From contig NC_068981.1 of assembly GCF_001194135.2 (NCBI RefSeq), positions 167,807,787 through 167,871,786 on the forward strand: DNA of 64,000 nt, read 5' to 3'. Positions 12,666-26,129 of this stretch are shown here, one piece after another; the stretch's first letter is position 1; the number at the start of each line of letters is the position of its first letter. The DNA is from Octopus bimaculoides (lineage: Eukaryota). Below the pieces are notes generated by a model. It saw only the letters and a list, made by a program, of their open reading frames with translations. It was not told the origin of the DNA and made no database searches. The position numbers and the translations under genes are program-made.

Positions 12666-14078
12666 TCGACCTCCAGCGTTTTAGTTATCTCCTTTTATAT
12701 TTTTGAGTTCGATAATCAACTTTGCTCCTCACAATAAATGAAACCACAGTTAATAATTAAAAAGTACTTATGCTGCTTTATTTGAAACTATAGCAGAAAC
12801 TTATTCTTGGAGTTTCTTCATAAGACAGTTAACAAATAGTTCTTCTTATAATGTACAAGAGATGGGTTCCGACTGGAGATTTGTGATGAAAAGAATATCA
12901 TTACTAATTCATAAAAACAAAAACAAAAGCGAAAAGCGTCACAGCTCTTTCTGTGAACCAAAGACCGCAGTATCTTCTTTTCTTTCTTTGTATACATCTG
13001 ATTCTCTTATATTTCTATATAAAAGCGTTTTATTTTTTTCCTTGTCCTCGGCGTCCTGTAAAGCATTGAAACTTCATTTCCTTTCTAGTAATTGAATACT
13101 TTTAAATTTAATTGTTCTTATATCTCCGCTTTTGCTTGAAGAATAATTACTGTAGCAAGTTTTCCCTAATATTGTTATAATGCTTCATTTTACTGAAAAA
13201 TCTATCGTTATCTGGTTTGCATGTCCGACTAAATGGAGTAATTATTCAGAACATAAGTCGCGGATACCAGTTTGGAATCGCAAATAATTCTAATTGACAT
13301 TTCTTTCGAATGAAGTCGGTTGTGAACTTATTCTAAGACTTAGAGTAATAGCCATTTTTTTTGTATGATTATTATATCTGACATCTAAACACCAAAGATT
13401 TCTTCATAGAACTGTTGGGAAAATATATTAATTCCGTTCATGACTAATTTCTTGACATCTGGCGAATTAATTATTTAATGATGTAGAATAATAGCTTAAA
13501 ACTTACTATCATAATCTAACACATCTGCTATCATTTATATTTACTGGAGGTTGGTATCATTGTATCGACTGTCATTTCTCTGCTGCTGCATTCGTTGTTG
13601 TTGTTGCTGTTGTTGTTGTTGCTTCTGCTGCTGTTGCTTCTGTTGTTTAGTCTAGCTCACTCCTGATGGAGCAAACCTTTAATCATAGAGGTTCTAGTCT
13701 TACTATCCCATATCTGGAACAACATTGTCTATGATTTCCGGCTGAATTTTAAGATGGCAGGATACGATTTAAAGACTTGACAGCTATTTCTAGTATTTAT
13801 TTGTTTTTTTTTTATTAATTATCTTGCCAATATATATTGATATATTTCATATTACACAAAAGGAGATAACTCCACACACACACACACACACATACAAAAG
13901 TTAACATTCTACTTCCTGGAGAGACGGTGAGTAAGAAATGCAGTGATATACACCTGGAAAATCCTGGAAGGATTTGCACCCAACTTTGACACGTTGACTA
14001 CATACATGCATGTATGTGTAATTGCGTGTGTATACATATATATAAATACACACACACACTCACACACACACACCCACA

Positions 14079-14139
<61 letters not shown>

Positions 14140-14437
14140 NNNNNNNNNNACATAGATATATCTGGTACCTTTTCGAAAGGTATGTTTTAAAAATTCACTT
14201 GGCAACATACATCTGCACCGAAGGAAGTTGTATAGCATGTCACTTTCAAGAGATCGATGCATGATGGATCGAAACGATCGTTGAAACTAATAAGGCATCT
14301 CGTGAATTCCATTTACTGCATCGCTTATTTGTTAGATTTATATACATATACATATATATACATATACATATACATACATATACATACACATACATATACA
14401 TACATACACATCTACATACATATACGTACACATACGT

Positions 14438-14482
<45 letters not shown>

Positions 14483-14490
14483 CATACAAA

Positions 14491-14730
14491 TACATACACT
14501 CTTACATGTGCATATACACATATGTAGAGTCGGTCAAAAATCACGAAGTTTGCATATTGCGAAATGTGGACATAATCTGTGGCTTCGGGTGTGTACTTGA
14601 TATGATAAGCAAACACAAAAAAGAAATTTTTTATTGCTTACTTTTCACGCTTCTACAATGCCAAGCATATTACAATATATAAATATATGCATTTTAAAAT
14701 AAACATAGCCTTCTATATTTTATCTCTATT
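14491..14730. repeat. About 240-bp direct repeat, copy 1
   Basis: Near-identical to 15542-15780 (about 5 differences seen). Confidence 0.95.
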
Positions 14731-15250
14731 TCATTATCGTCTTACATTTAAGTAAGATAAAACATATTTGTCGTCAAAACTGTCGAAACAAAAGTGTTGT
14801 TTATTCAATAAAACAATAAGATATCTAAATTTTATTAAATGCTAACAACGTTATCCAGGTAGATAACGAAGTTATTCAGTTATGCAGAAGTTATTGAAAA
14901 GAAGTTAGCTTCATGTGAATAAGCGAAAAATGCTTAATATTTTAAGACAAAGGTAAATATCATGTTTAACGCTCATGTGTATTATAATATTATTAGTTTC
15001 AGTTATTACACTGTGATCATGCTGGAGCACTGCCTTCAGGGATTTTCGTTGAATTTGCTGACATCATTAGGTGTCTGGTAATTATTTTATCGATCACTTT
15101 ATCAAATGGCTATATCCTCTTAAGGCACGCACTCGGCGGATAAATACGTCCTGATGTTTTGTTTCAACGCACCGACTTATTAACACACACGCACATATAT
15201 GTATGTATATGTGTGTGTGTGTGTGTGTGTATGCGTATGAGTGTGCGTGC

Positions 15251-15305
<55 letters not shown>

Positions 15306-15349
15306 GAATGAGATAAAAATCCAAGGGTGGGAATAGTTTTCAGAACATT

Positions 15350-15415
15350 TAGAAAGAGAAATTCTTACACCTGTTTCCGGGATATTTTATATATCTCTTC
15401 ATCAGAGACGGTGCG
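15350..15415 (-). ncRNA. Degenerate minimal type I hammerhead-like motif (Penelope-type)
   Basis: Minus: CGTCT-CTGATGA-AGAGATAT-ATAAA-ATATCCCG-GAAAC-AGGTGT-A-AGA: intact CUGAUGA and GAAA core, GATAT/ATATC stem II, GUA triplet. Confidence 0.5.
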
Positions 15416-15541
15416 AGAAAATGTTTAAGTAATAACTATTGAAGAGAAGATATGAAATGCAGAGAGAAGCGAAGGAATGAAAATAGAATTGAGATACGTA
15501 AGGATATTACATATATATATACATATACATATACATACATA

Positions 15542-15780
15542 TACATACACTCTTACATGTGCACATACACATATGTAGAGTCGGTCAAAAATCACGAAGT
15601 TTGCATATTGCGAAATGTGGACATAATCTGTGGCTTCGGGTGTGTACTTGATATGATAAGCAAAGACAAAAAAGAATTTTTTTATTGCTTACTTTTTACG
15701 CTTCTACAATGCCAAGCATATTACAATATATAAATATATGCATTTTAAAATAAACATAGCCTTCTATATTTTATCTATAT
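15542..15780. repeat. About 240-bp direct repeat, copy 2
   Basis: Near-identical to 14491-14730; offset 1051 bp. Confidence 0.95.
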
Positions 15781-18700
15781 TCTAAATGACCCATCTACCA
15801 AATTTCACTTACAAGGCATTAGTCAACCCGAAGTTATGGTTAATGATGCTTGCTCGAAGTGCAGGTAGAATTGAACATGGAACCACGTGATTGATAAGCG
15901 AACTTCCTAACAATACGGCTATACCGAAAAGCAGTGTGAAAGCATCAACTAAGAATCTGTAACGTCGCGAACCCAGTTCGTTTAATTTTACTTCTACGTC
16001 CCCAGCTATTTGAAATGCGACATTGAACAACAAACTTGTGAACGCTCGAGAGTTAAAGGGAATTTTCTAGGCAACTGATTCGACATGAATTCCCAGTTGA
16101 AATAATTTCATTCCACTTAGGCTACTGGCGCTTAATTGTCACAATCTCATGTCTACCCTCTCCAACTCCGCTGAAATTTAGGATATTTCAGTCTATATAA
16201 CAAAAGCTTATTTGCAGTTATGATTGCTTTTAAAGCGAATAAACAAACTAATAGCACTATAAAGAAACTAATAGTGTTATAATTTTTAACTATGAAGGAA
16301 TACGTGTTTTTCTTTTTCTATAATCATATTACGAAATAGCTGTACCCTACATTATTGCAGTTTTTTATTGTTTTTTTTACTCCTTTTAATGGTGTTTTAT
16401 GAGTAGGAATGTGAAGCAAGAATTCCGATTGGAATTCTTCTCGGGTTTATTACCAATCAATTAAATCAACTATAAATACTTTGATAATTAACAAATAAAA
16501 ATTGATAAAAGCGTTCTTGTCGACTTCAAAATAAATTCTATAAACATGTTCAACAATATTGATTTCGTTCATACAAGAGAGTTTATATAAAATAAATAAG
16601 ACAGAAAAATCCCCTATGCCCTAAAGAGCTTTAATAGGCAGGTGATTTAGTATAGCGTTTTTACTTGTTTTTGCTTAGTGTTTGTAGTTGTCTTTACTTA
16701 TTTACTTGGTTTTCTTGCGTTAAGAAAACGGTGAGATACATTTAACTTTAGAGAGAACACCAATTTCTAGAGCATCTGGTTGGCACCTATTCTCCACAAT
16801 TAGCTGAACCGATGCACATAGAATGGTATAGCATATTGCTTCAATACAGAACGGAACACATTTAATGGGGAATTGCATGGAATGAGATAGGGCGAAAGTA
16901 TGGTTTGTGGACGTATTGATATCCAGATATAGTACATTTTTCTTCATTTATCACCGATTTGTATATCACTGATCCGGATATCATGGTATGCTTAATTGGG
17001 AATCGTGTTACGTTTATCACGAATTGATTTGTGATAACATGGGTCAGCTATCAGTGGAAGATTCTACTTGAACCGCAAAAGCACTCCCAAGGAAACATCT
17101 ACAAAGTTCAGTACTCAGGATTACTTGGGGTTTCGGAACGAAACCTATTTTCCCAATATTTTATTATTCATTTACCACACATTCATTTAACACGGTGAGT
17201 TTTAGAACCAGCCATCTGTGATAAACAATGACAAGTGTACTTAATAGTGTGCTGCTCTGATGCAGTTTGCATGAGTGATCGGTTCTTAGGCTGAAATAAA
17301 TATAGTATCGTTCATAACCCTACCCTACTAATATAGATTTCTTACTGGCAATATGCAAATTTACAGATACAAAGTAAAAGGAAGGTCATGTGAGTTTAGT
17401 AACTTTTATCAAAGGTATTAGTAGCACTAAAGGTAAGTGTTGTTTTCAGTTGGGAATTCAAACCAGTACATGTAAATTAGTTCCGTGTGAAGTACATACG
17501 TTTTATATTAATTTGATTCGAGATCAATATTTTATGGATAATGAAGAGATAGAAACTACTCGTTTATTCCATTTCAACATAAGTTTTTTGTTATTTAGTA
17601 CGAGATTAAAGTTGGTCGTTACGAGATTTGAACCCAGAGGTAGATAGGTTGATCTAAATATCGTTTTCTTTTAAATTAAATATAAATGCAGGTCCAATAT
17701 TTTAATTGAAATAAGAAGGGAACACTGTAACATTCATGTCCTTCTCGAAGGAATTAGCGACTTGCCTGGAGGTTACATTTTGTTCTATGGGCCTATCCAC
17801 TCTGACCATCTTATTATAAACTATTATAGTTAATAAGTGTATCATAACGAGTTTCAATCAAATTCGCCGAGCAGGTGGCTGGCAGAGTCGGTATAGTGTT
17901 TAACAGAATACTTTACGTTGCTTGTTCTAAAGCTTTGCATTCTCTATTCTATTGCCACTGAAGTGATCCTTTGTTGTCATCCTTTCGCGGTCGATAACAA
18001 TGTATCACTTAGCGGATCTTCAAGCATGTAGGCCAGATACCATGCAGTATTTTTGTACTGAGTTCAAATCATGCCATGGTCTATTTCAGTGGTAGACTTA
18101 ATCCGTCAATCAGTTTATCAGAAACACCTGCCAGTTTTAGGAAAACCAGAAGTATGCGAACTAGTTCACTTCCAGCTATTGACGTCAACATGAAATCGGA
18201 ATCGTGTTAAGAAAAATGAAATGGAATGGCTCAACTGGAAATACAAAATAATTAAATCTTATAATATGGAAATATCACTTCAGCTTTCGTTTCTTCGCCG
18301 TTGTGTGATCTTTATGAAAGAGGCGGGCAACGTGATGTTGGATGGTTTCTGGAATTCATTCATTCGTGGTAGAGTCCAAGTACAAAATACTTAAGATGTT
18401 GCAGTAGTATCTCGTTTTTAATAACAACTTCATCTGAAGCTTTTTCATGAGTGTCCATTCCCCGCATGCGTTTAGAAAGATGGGAGGACCATAAAGGAAC
18501 CTAATTTCGATGTGCGTTTCCATTAATTATTATCAGTTATCGTTCATACAAATTTTCTACTTGACATATTACACATCTTTGGTTTCCATTTCTGGCTTAT
18601 GGTTGAACAGCAACTCCGGAAAATGATGCAAATTTAATTCCGTCCGAGCATCTTATCTTTAGCTGAATCTCAACGACTTTCCAAAGTGTTTCTCTTCCCC

Positions 18701-18969
18701 TTAATTCTTTTAGAATTTGAAGTATTTTCCTAAAGAATATTACAGTTATCACAAATTCCTATATTATTTTTCTCTATTTAAGATCTTTTCAGAATCAGTT
18801 TAATCATTCATTTAAGTCTTGTTTATAAAAGAACAAATTTGCATCTCGTTCTTTGTTGGATTCTATTTCATGCAAGTCAACAAAGTATATTCTAGATGAT
18901 GGCTCAAACTACTGGAAATAACAGCTAAATCTTACTCATATTCTATTGTAAAATAATGATTTTAAATTT

Positions 18970-19170
18970 CAGCACGATGCCAGCAATTTTCATGAGCAGG
19001 GATAAGTTGGTTACACCGACCTTCCTACTCAACCGGTGCGTAATTTATCAACTCCGAAAGGATACAAGCTAAAACTATATCGGGAGGATTTGAGCTCAGC
19101 ACGTACAGAATCGGACGAAATGCCACTAAGCACTTTTCCGACTCTCTAACTGTTCTACCAGCTCGCTGAC
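18970..19170 (-). mobile_element. tRNA-headed SINE family A (diverged)
   Basis: GGATTTGAGCTCAGCACGTA..GAATCGGACGAAATGCCACTAAGCAC...CTGTTCTACCAGCTCGC; an opposite-strand degenerate copy lies at about 17870-18010. Confidence 0.75.
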
Positions 19171-19188
19171 TTATCCTACTGTAAAACA

Positions 19189-19258
<70 letters not shown>

Positions 19259-19458
19259 GGAAACTACACATTATATACACGTTACCATAGCATAAAGACA
19301 TTGTAACAGCTTGAATGCTTTTGATCTTAATCTCCGTTGAAAGTGTTTGTACACTGCTTTTCAATTACAATAGTTACAAAGGAATACGTTTTAAAAAGGA
19401 AAAACACTTATTCACAAATATGTGTTTGCTTCTATAAATCTATATCTCTATCTATATC

Positions 19459-19493
<35 letters not shown>

Positions 19494-19677
19494 CTATATC
19501 TTTTTCTATACACACACATACACATACACACATACATACACATATATAATGTGGGTGGAATTAATGATACAAACACGACATACCCATACACTCATAGACT
19601 TTTATCTATATTCATGTATGCGCGTACGTATAATTGTGTGCATATATATATATGTGTGTGTGTGTGTGTCTATATAA

Positions 19678-19708
<31 letters not shown>

Positions 19709-20049
19709 CAAACACACACATACATATATACACACACGTACATACAGCAGGGCATAGTGACTTGCGCATTAAATATTTGCTATAGCTCTACAAGAAACAT
19801 ATTTACTAAATGACGCAATACGTAAAACAAATATAAGAAAAAAAAACATTTCAAATTGTATGATGGACGATATGAGTTTTGTTGCTGGTTTAAGTATTAA
19901 TAACGTTTAACCTGACTACCCCGGATGCGGTAACAGAGATAGATAAGCTTTACAATCTCTTTGATTTGAACCATTCAGGTTTTACGTTGATATGGGCGAG
20001 TAAATGGATGAGAATTTATTGATTATATATCTTGTATCGTTTACCCGTT

Positions 20050-20420
20050 TCACTCATTGGATAACGACCATGCAGAAGCACCGACTGGGTGGGTTTTAGT
20101 CTGACAAATCAACCTCAGTACTTACTTTTTAAGGTTGATATCTTTGCTATTGATGTCTTTTTTCGAGCCGTTTAGTTACTGGGACGTCAAAAAACCAACA
20201 CCAGTTACCAAGCAATGGGAGTAGAGCGGACGATACACCATTAAGACACATGCATACATATGCCACAGGCTTTCACACAGTCTCTGTCTATCAAATTTAC
20301 TCGCAAGACATTGGTCTCCATGGGGCTATAATGGAAGACAAGCAAAATGCCGTGCACTGAGACTGAACCAGAAACCGCATGGTTGCAGAAGCGAACTTCT
20401 TAACTACACAGCCATGCCTG
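20050..20420 (-). mobile_element. tRNA-headed SINE family D
   Basis: Head GAACCAGAAACCGCATGGTTGCAGAAGCGAACTTCTTAACTACACAGCCATGCCTGC; opposite-orientation fragments at about 20930-21065 and 23085-23260. Confidence 0.7.
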
Positions 20421-21309
20421 CAACGACATGCATTTATTATTTTATAAGAAAATATTGATACGTCTTTCTCTATTCTTAACCCTTCGTTTGTTTGTTTCTT
20501 TACATTTATTAATTATTAATTGGTCTTTCATTTCTTCTTTTGATCTCATTAACTGCTAATTTTCTCTGGTGCTACATGTCGATTATTTATTATTGCCCTT
20601 TGCACGCTCTGTGTGTGTAGTATTCTGCTTATTTGACCTTTATGAATATTCAAGTGTTATGGGTATTTAACTATTATAGATGTGTCGATTATGACATCAC
20701 TAGGAAATTACAAAACAGTTTTTCTATAATTCTTATGAACTAGCTGAACTCTGCTGCATTATCTTGTTTATTTGTATCTGGTGAAATCCTGCATGTTTCT
20801 TATAAATAACCACTAATTATTTCAGAGAATTTCGTTAACACCTTACTGTAATTTCTGATAAATTTAATTATGAAAATAGATATTTGACCTAATCCGAAAT
20901 AGATATAAATCAATCAGGTAAAATTGCATTGACTGTTTTCTGTTTGCATCCAAGTGATTTCAGGTTCAGCCCTACAGCGCAGCACCTTGGGCAAAGATTT
21001 TCTTTTATAGACCTTGGCCAACAGTGAGTGAATCTGGTTGACGTAAACTGTCAAACCCGCCATGTGTGTGTGTGTGTGCGCGCGCGCTTGTTTACTGTTC
21101 CGTGATGGTAAGATCAACAAAAAGTGCTCCCTGCGGTGAAATATAAATGTTATTTAATAAAGTTCAATATGTTTTAATTGCTACTATTAGTTTCATGCGA
21201 CGAAAGCTTGTCAGATTGTATTTTTAATACGTCTCGTGCCTTAGCGCAATCCTCGGGCACTCTTCAATTAAATGCGTATGAAATATGCATATGAATATAT
21301 ATATACATT

Positions 21310-21362
<53 letters not shown>

Positions 21363-22123
21363 ATGTATGTATGTATGTATGTATGTATGTATGTATGTAT
21401 ATGGTGTAAATTAAATAACAGACAAATCTTCAGAACGGTTTCATGGTTGTTCGAAACATCAACTCTACTACAGATCTTTGGCTTCCATTTCTGGTTCCAT
21501 TTAGCTTCCATTTCAAGCAGGTCCACTATATATCGTAGATGGTAGATTTATTTCATAGGGCAGCATATATGGTTTGCTTCAAGGAAGCAATGACCTGAGA
21601 TCAATACAAATTCAAAGAAAAAATCGGTAGCTAAATGCAATAAATTCAGAAGACTCAAAAAATTCCAAAGGAAACAAAAACAAGTCAAAAATATCACAGA
21701 AATTATAAATGTAAATAAGAAAAATAGGTTCATTAAGAAATGCCTTCTAAAAAAAAAGATATACTTACTAAAGCAGATCTATTTCCTTAAGAAAAATAAG
21801 TTCATCATTCCATAGTATTTAAATGGATAAAGCAGATGTTAGAAAAATAAAAATAAATAAATTTAAAACATAGAATGGAAAGCATGGAGAGAAAAGAAAA
21901 GAAGAAACCAGTTAGGTTTAGAGATCAAAAAGTTGGACTTACGTTGCTGGAATTTCACGCATTGTTGATTTCAATGGATAGAAGCGGTATTTCAAGATCA
22001 TTGACACCATACCAACATACACACATATACGCATTGTACGAATATTCACCAGCACATTTACACATACATACATTCATATAAGCACATTCATACACATTCA
22101 TACACATTCATACACAAGCGATC

Positions 22124-22185
<62 letters not shown>

Positions 22186-23026
22186 NNNNNNNNNNNNNNN
22201 NNNNNNNNNNNNNNNNNNNNNNNNNNNNNNNNNNNNNNNNNNNNNNNNNNNNNNNNNNNNNNNNNNNNNNNNNNNNNNNNNNNNNNNNNNNNNNNNNNNN
22301 NNNNNNNNNNNNNNNNNNNNNNNNNNNNNNNNNNNNNNNNNNNNNNNNNNNNNNNNNNNNNNNNNNNNNNNNNNNNNNNNNNNNNNNNNNNNNNNNNNNN
22401 NNNNNNNNNNNNNNNNNNNNNNNNNNNNNNNNNNNNNNNNNNNNNNNNNNNNNNNNNNNNNNNNNNNNNNNNNNNNNNNNNNNNNNNNNNNNNNNNNNNN
22501 NNNNNNNNNNNNNNNNNNNNNNNNNNNNNNNNNNNNNNNNNNNNNNNNNNNNNNNNNNNNNNNNNNNNNNNNNNNNNNNNNNNNNNNNNNNNNNNNNNNN
22601 NNNNNNNNNNNNNNNNNNNNNNNNNNNNNNNNNNNNNNNNNNNNNNNNNNNNNNNNNNNNNNNNNNNNNNNNNNNNNNNNNNNNNNNNNNNNNNNNNNNN
22701 NNNNNNNNNNNNNNNNNNNNNNNNNNNNNNNNNNNNNNNNNNNNNNNNNNNNNNNNNNNNNNNNNNNNNNNNNNNNNNNNNNNNNNNNNNNNNNNNNNNN
22801 NNNNNNNNNNNNNNNNNNNNNNNNNNNNNNNNNNNNNNNNNNNNNNNNNNNNNNNNNNNNNNNNNNNNNNNNNNNNNNNNNNNNNNNNNNNNNNNNNNNN
22901 NNNNNNNNNNNNNNNNNNNNNNNNNNNNNNNNNNNNNNNNNNNNNNNNNNNNNNNNNNNNNNNNNNNNNNNNNNNNNNNNNNNNNNNNNNNNNNNNNNNN
23001 NNNNNNNNNNNNNNNNNNNNNNNNNN

Positions 23027-23077
<51 letters not shown>

Positions 23078-23797
23078 CCCCAACCCATCACTTGACAATC
23101 AGTATTGCTTTGTTCACCTCCTCGTAACTTAGCGGTTCGGCAAAAGAAGAAAGAAAACCGATTGACTAATTACCAATCTTTAAGCATAAATATTGTGTAT
23201 CGATTTACTCAATTAAAGCGGTGCTCAACATAGCCATTGTCCAATTACTGAAATAAGTTAAAGATTAAAGATAAATTATAACTCGGCATCCTTTTTCATA
23301 AAAGCAACCATGGAATTTTTATATTCAATGGTATTACGAATAGCTGGATATAACGGGTTGTATTGTATGCAAGCATACATACACATATACATACATGCAA
23401 GCATGCATCCATACATATATACATGCTTACATAAAGACATACATGTGTACATACATACTAGCACCATTCCTTCACTAATTGTTTTAAGTGCCTTTGTTGT
23501 CGTGAGCAGACACAGACATCGTCTCTGCCCCTTACCCTTGACTCGATGGTACAACTAAGATTTGATAGGTACAGAGAGAGGGAGAGACAGAGAGGGAGGA
23601 GAGAGATCTGTATCAACATCCGGATGGTAATCATTTACAGCTCAACAGACTGGAGCAACGTGAAATGAAGAGCCTTGTTCAAGGATACAACGCACCACCT
23701 GTGCCAGGAATGAAACCCACAGCCGAACACTTTAATCATTGGGCCTTGCGCTTTATGTATAAATGTATGTATGAATGCATATATGCATATATGTATG

Positions 23798-23842
<45 letters not shown>

Positions 23843-24610
23843 ATAGATAACTCCATGCAACTTAGAGATCTGTTGGCTAGTCGGGCATTTGTCAACTCTC
23901 GTTTGTGAGTGTCTGTGTGTGAGTGTCTGTGTGTGTTATGAATGTGTGTGTGTGTGTGTGTGTGTGTGCACGCGCGTGTGTGTTTGTGTATGTGTATATA
24001 GCAGTGATATTGGTTTGCAGACTATTAGTTTATATGTAATTGCCAGTCATTTGCACACATTGATTGATATGTTTTGCCCTGACAAACAGCAGGTATACTG
24101 ACTTTATGTGATAAACATGGTTACTAGATTGCTTGTCACAATCCAGTAATCACGTCCATCACGAAAGTTAGTGAAAGCAGGTCCCTGATGGCTACTTATC
24201 AATACACCATCGTATTTTGAAATAGATTTCTTCGTGAGATTTTCTGAATGTGAATTCAGTAGTGTGTGGCATACTTTTTAAAAATATTTTTTGTATTATA
24301 TTTAAAATGGTAGATGGAGATGATTTTAGGTATCTACTAATAATGAAGTTTCTAATACTGTTGAATGTCATATTTCTAAAGTTTTTTTTATGTTTTTTTG
24401 TTTACGAGCGCTATCGACAATTAGTTTATAAACAGTATCGATGATTATTTGAACAAAATATATTATAGATTTTCAGAGATATTCATTTAGCTCTGTTTGA
24501 GCATGGAGTGCTGACATTTGAGATAAAAAGATTTATTCAGTTCTATTTAGTAGCTTACAAATACCAGTCGTGTGAAACATTTTCGTGACCAACCATTTCT
24601 CCATCCTGCT

Positions 24611-24670
24611 CTACTCTTCTTCATCTGTTCCGTATTTGCAGCGAAAGATTGCCGCCCTCTTCAGTTTGTC
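24611..24670 (-). CDS. Candidate terminal exon DKLKRAAIFRCKYGTDEEE* (unidentified)
   Basis: Acceptor ATTATTAAG|GAC, open to TAG, locally GC-richer; no homology recognised. Confidence 0.18.
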   Translation of the reverse strand, partial: DKLKRAAIFRCKYGTDEEE

Positions 24671-25744
24671 CTTAATAATTGAAATCACATGAATGTTTTA
24701 ATTTTTTTTTTTTTTTAAATATTTTGATCTTTCGTTTCCTTGTTATGAATCGTTTATTATTTAGACAAAAAAAAAACAAGCAATTTTGACGCAAATGTTT
24801 AGTTGATACCATCAAACCTACTAATTGATTGGTGCTTCATATATATCGTTCCTGAAAGGATGCAAAGCAAATTTAACCGCAGGTAGATTTGAACTCAGAA
24901 CGAAAACAACCAGAAGTTTTGTTTTAGTTTTAAGAAGTATTTCGTGGATACTCTGGTACGCATCGTCAATGGTGTATTTGGGTTCTCAATAGTGTTTCGG
25001 GTTTTACAGTATCACTCTGTCTCTTGTCCAGAAATATTACAAGGCAGTTTTATCCTATTCTCTTACAATTTTATTAATCCACAGCCCTATCAATGATATT
25101 TGCTCACACAAATATCCAGAATTATATATTATAATACAATTGCAGCGTGGAAGGTGTTTATAAGCCATTTAAGAAACACACAAAAACCATTAGATTCACT
25201 TCAACATTTAAATTTAAATTGCCAAAATATTTTCGTCGCTTTGAGACCGCGACTTGTTCACTGACAAAATTCTGTGCTGCATCTAAATTTTGTACTGCAT
25301 TTAACTGTTGAAGTGAATCTAATGGTTTTTGTGTGTTTCTTAAATGGCTTATAAACACCTTCCACGCTGCAATTGTTTTCGTTTCAGCACACGATCTCAG
25401 ATCAGGTCGCTTGCTATACATCTCCCTATATTATAATAAATATGGCATTATTTAGTCACGTCTGTTGATTTTTACCTATCATGCTTCTGTCGTTGATAAC
25501 AGTGTTACCTATTAAATAACGGGAGTTCATTAAACACGAACATCCTCCCAGAAAATTCGGGGAATGAGACGTTTTGGCATAGCTGCTTTGGTTTATCTGT
25601 CTGAACACCGACTTCTTTGGCATCAGACCTTTTGATGTTTCTTTCATTCTTCCCTACACTCTCGTTGTTTATGTGTGAAAGCATTTAGCTTTGTATGTCT
25701 GTGTAATTGTAATATTTCTATCGCTCCCTCAGCATCCACTTCAG

Positions 25745-25868
25745 GCTTACGACCATATCACGCAGAAAGCACCGAATCTCGTCTGATCACTGAAGTGAAG
25801 CAATGTCGAGTCCAGTTAGGACTTAGATGGGTGATCGATCGCTTGGGAAAACTAGGTGCTGTAACCCT
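25745..25868 (+). pseudogene. Full-length diverged 5S rRNA copy
   Basis: GCTTACGACCATATCACG..GAAAGCACCG..TCTCGTCTGATCACTGAAGTGAAGCAATGTCGAGTCCAGTTAGGACTTAGATGGGTGA...TGGGAAAACTAGGTGCTGTAA aligns end-to-end with metazoan 5S, with scattered substitutions and a small insertion. Confidence 0.9.
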
Positions 25869-25881
25869 CTTGTTTTGTAGA

Positions 25882-26128
25882 GGCGTGTAGCTTAGTGGTT
25901 AGGAGTGTTGGACTCATGATTGAATGTAAGATTGTGGTTTCAATTCATGGACTGGGTGACACGTTGTATTCTTGAGCACAACATTTCATTTCACGTTGCT
26001 CCAATCCACTCAGCTGGCAAAAATGAGTCATCCTGAAACTGGCCGGCGTCCCGTCTGTGGGACAATATATACGCCAGAGAAACTGGGAAACCGGCCCTAT
26101 GAGTCTGTATGACTCGGAAAGAAATTGT
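25882..26128 (+). mobile_element. tRNA-headed SINE family C
   Basis: GGCGTGTAGCTTAGTGGTTAGG (A box) ... GGTTTCAATTC (B box) then TTCTTGAGCA....TTCATTTCACGTTGCTCCA.TCCACTCAGCTG core, shared with 23630-23750(-), 34222-34490(+), 43815-44010(+), 61690-61920(-). Confidence 0.85.
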
Positions 26129-26129
26129 C

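Noticed and set aside
12850-13440. Possible decayed retrotransposon ORF on the minus strand
   Set aside because: Purine-rich with many stops; no diagnostic motif recognisable.
17369-17432. Plus-strand exon with strong AAG|GTAAGT donor
   Set aside because: All frames from the TTTACAG acceptor to this donor contain stops.
18100-18900. Possible transposase or zinc-knuckle remnant (IPETIQHHVA)
   Set aside because: Single short motif without the flanking cysteines.
21410-21600. MDLLEMEAKWNQKW as an aminoacyl-tRNA synthetase-like exon
   Set aside because: Stops in all frames from the best acceptor, and the similarity is too short to support.
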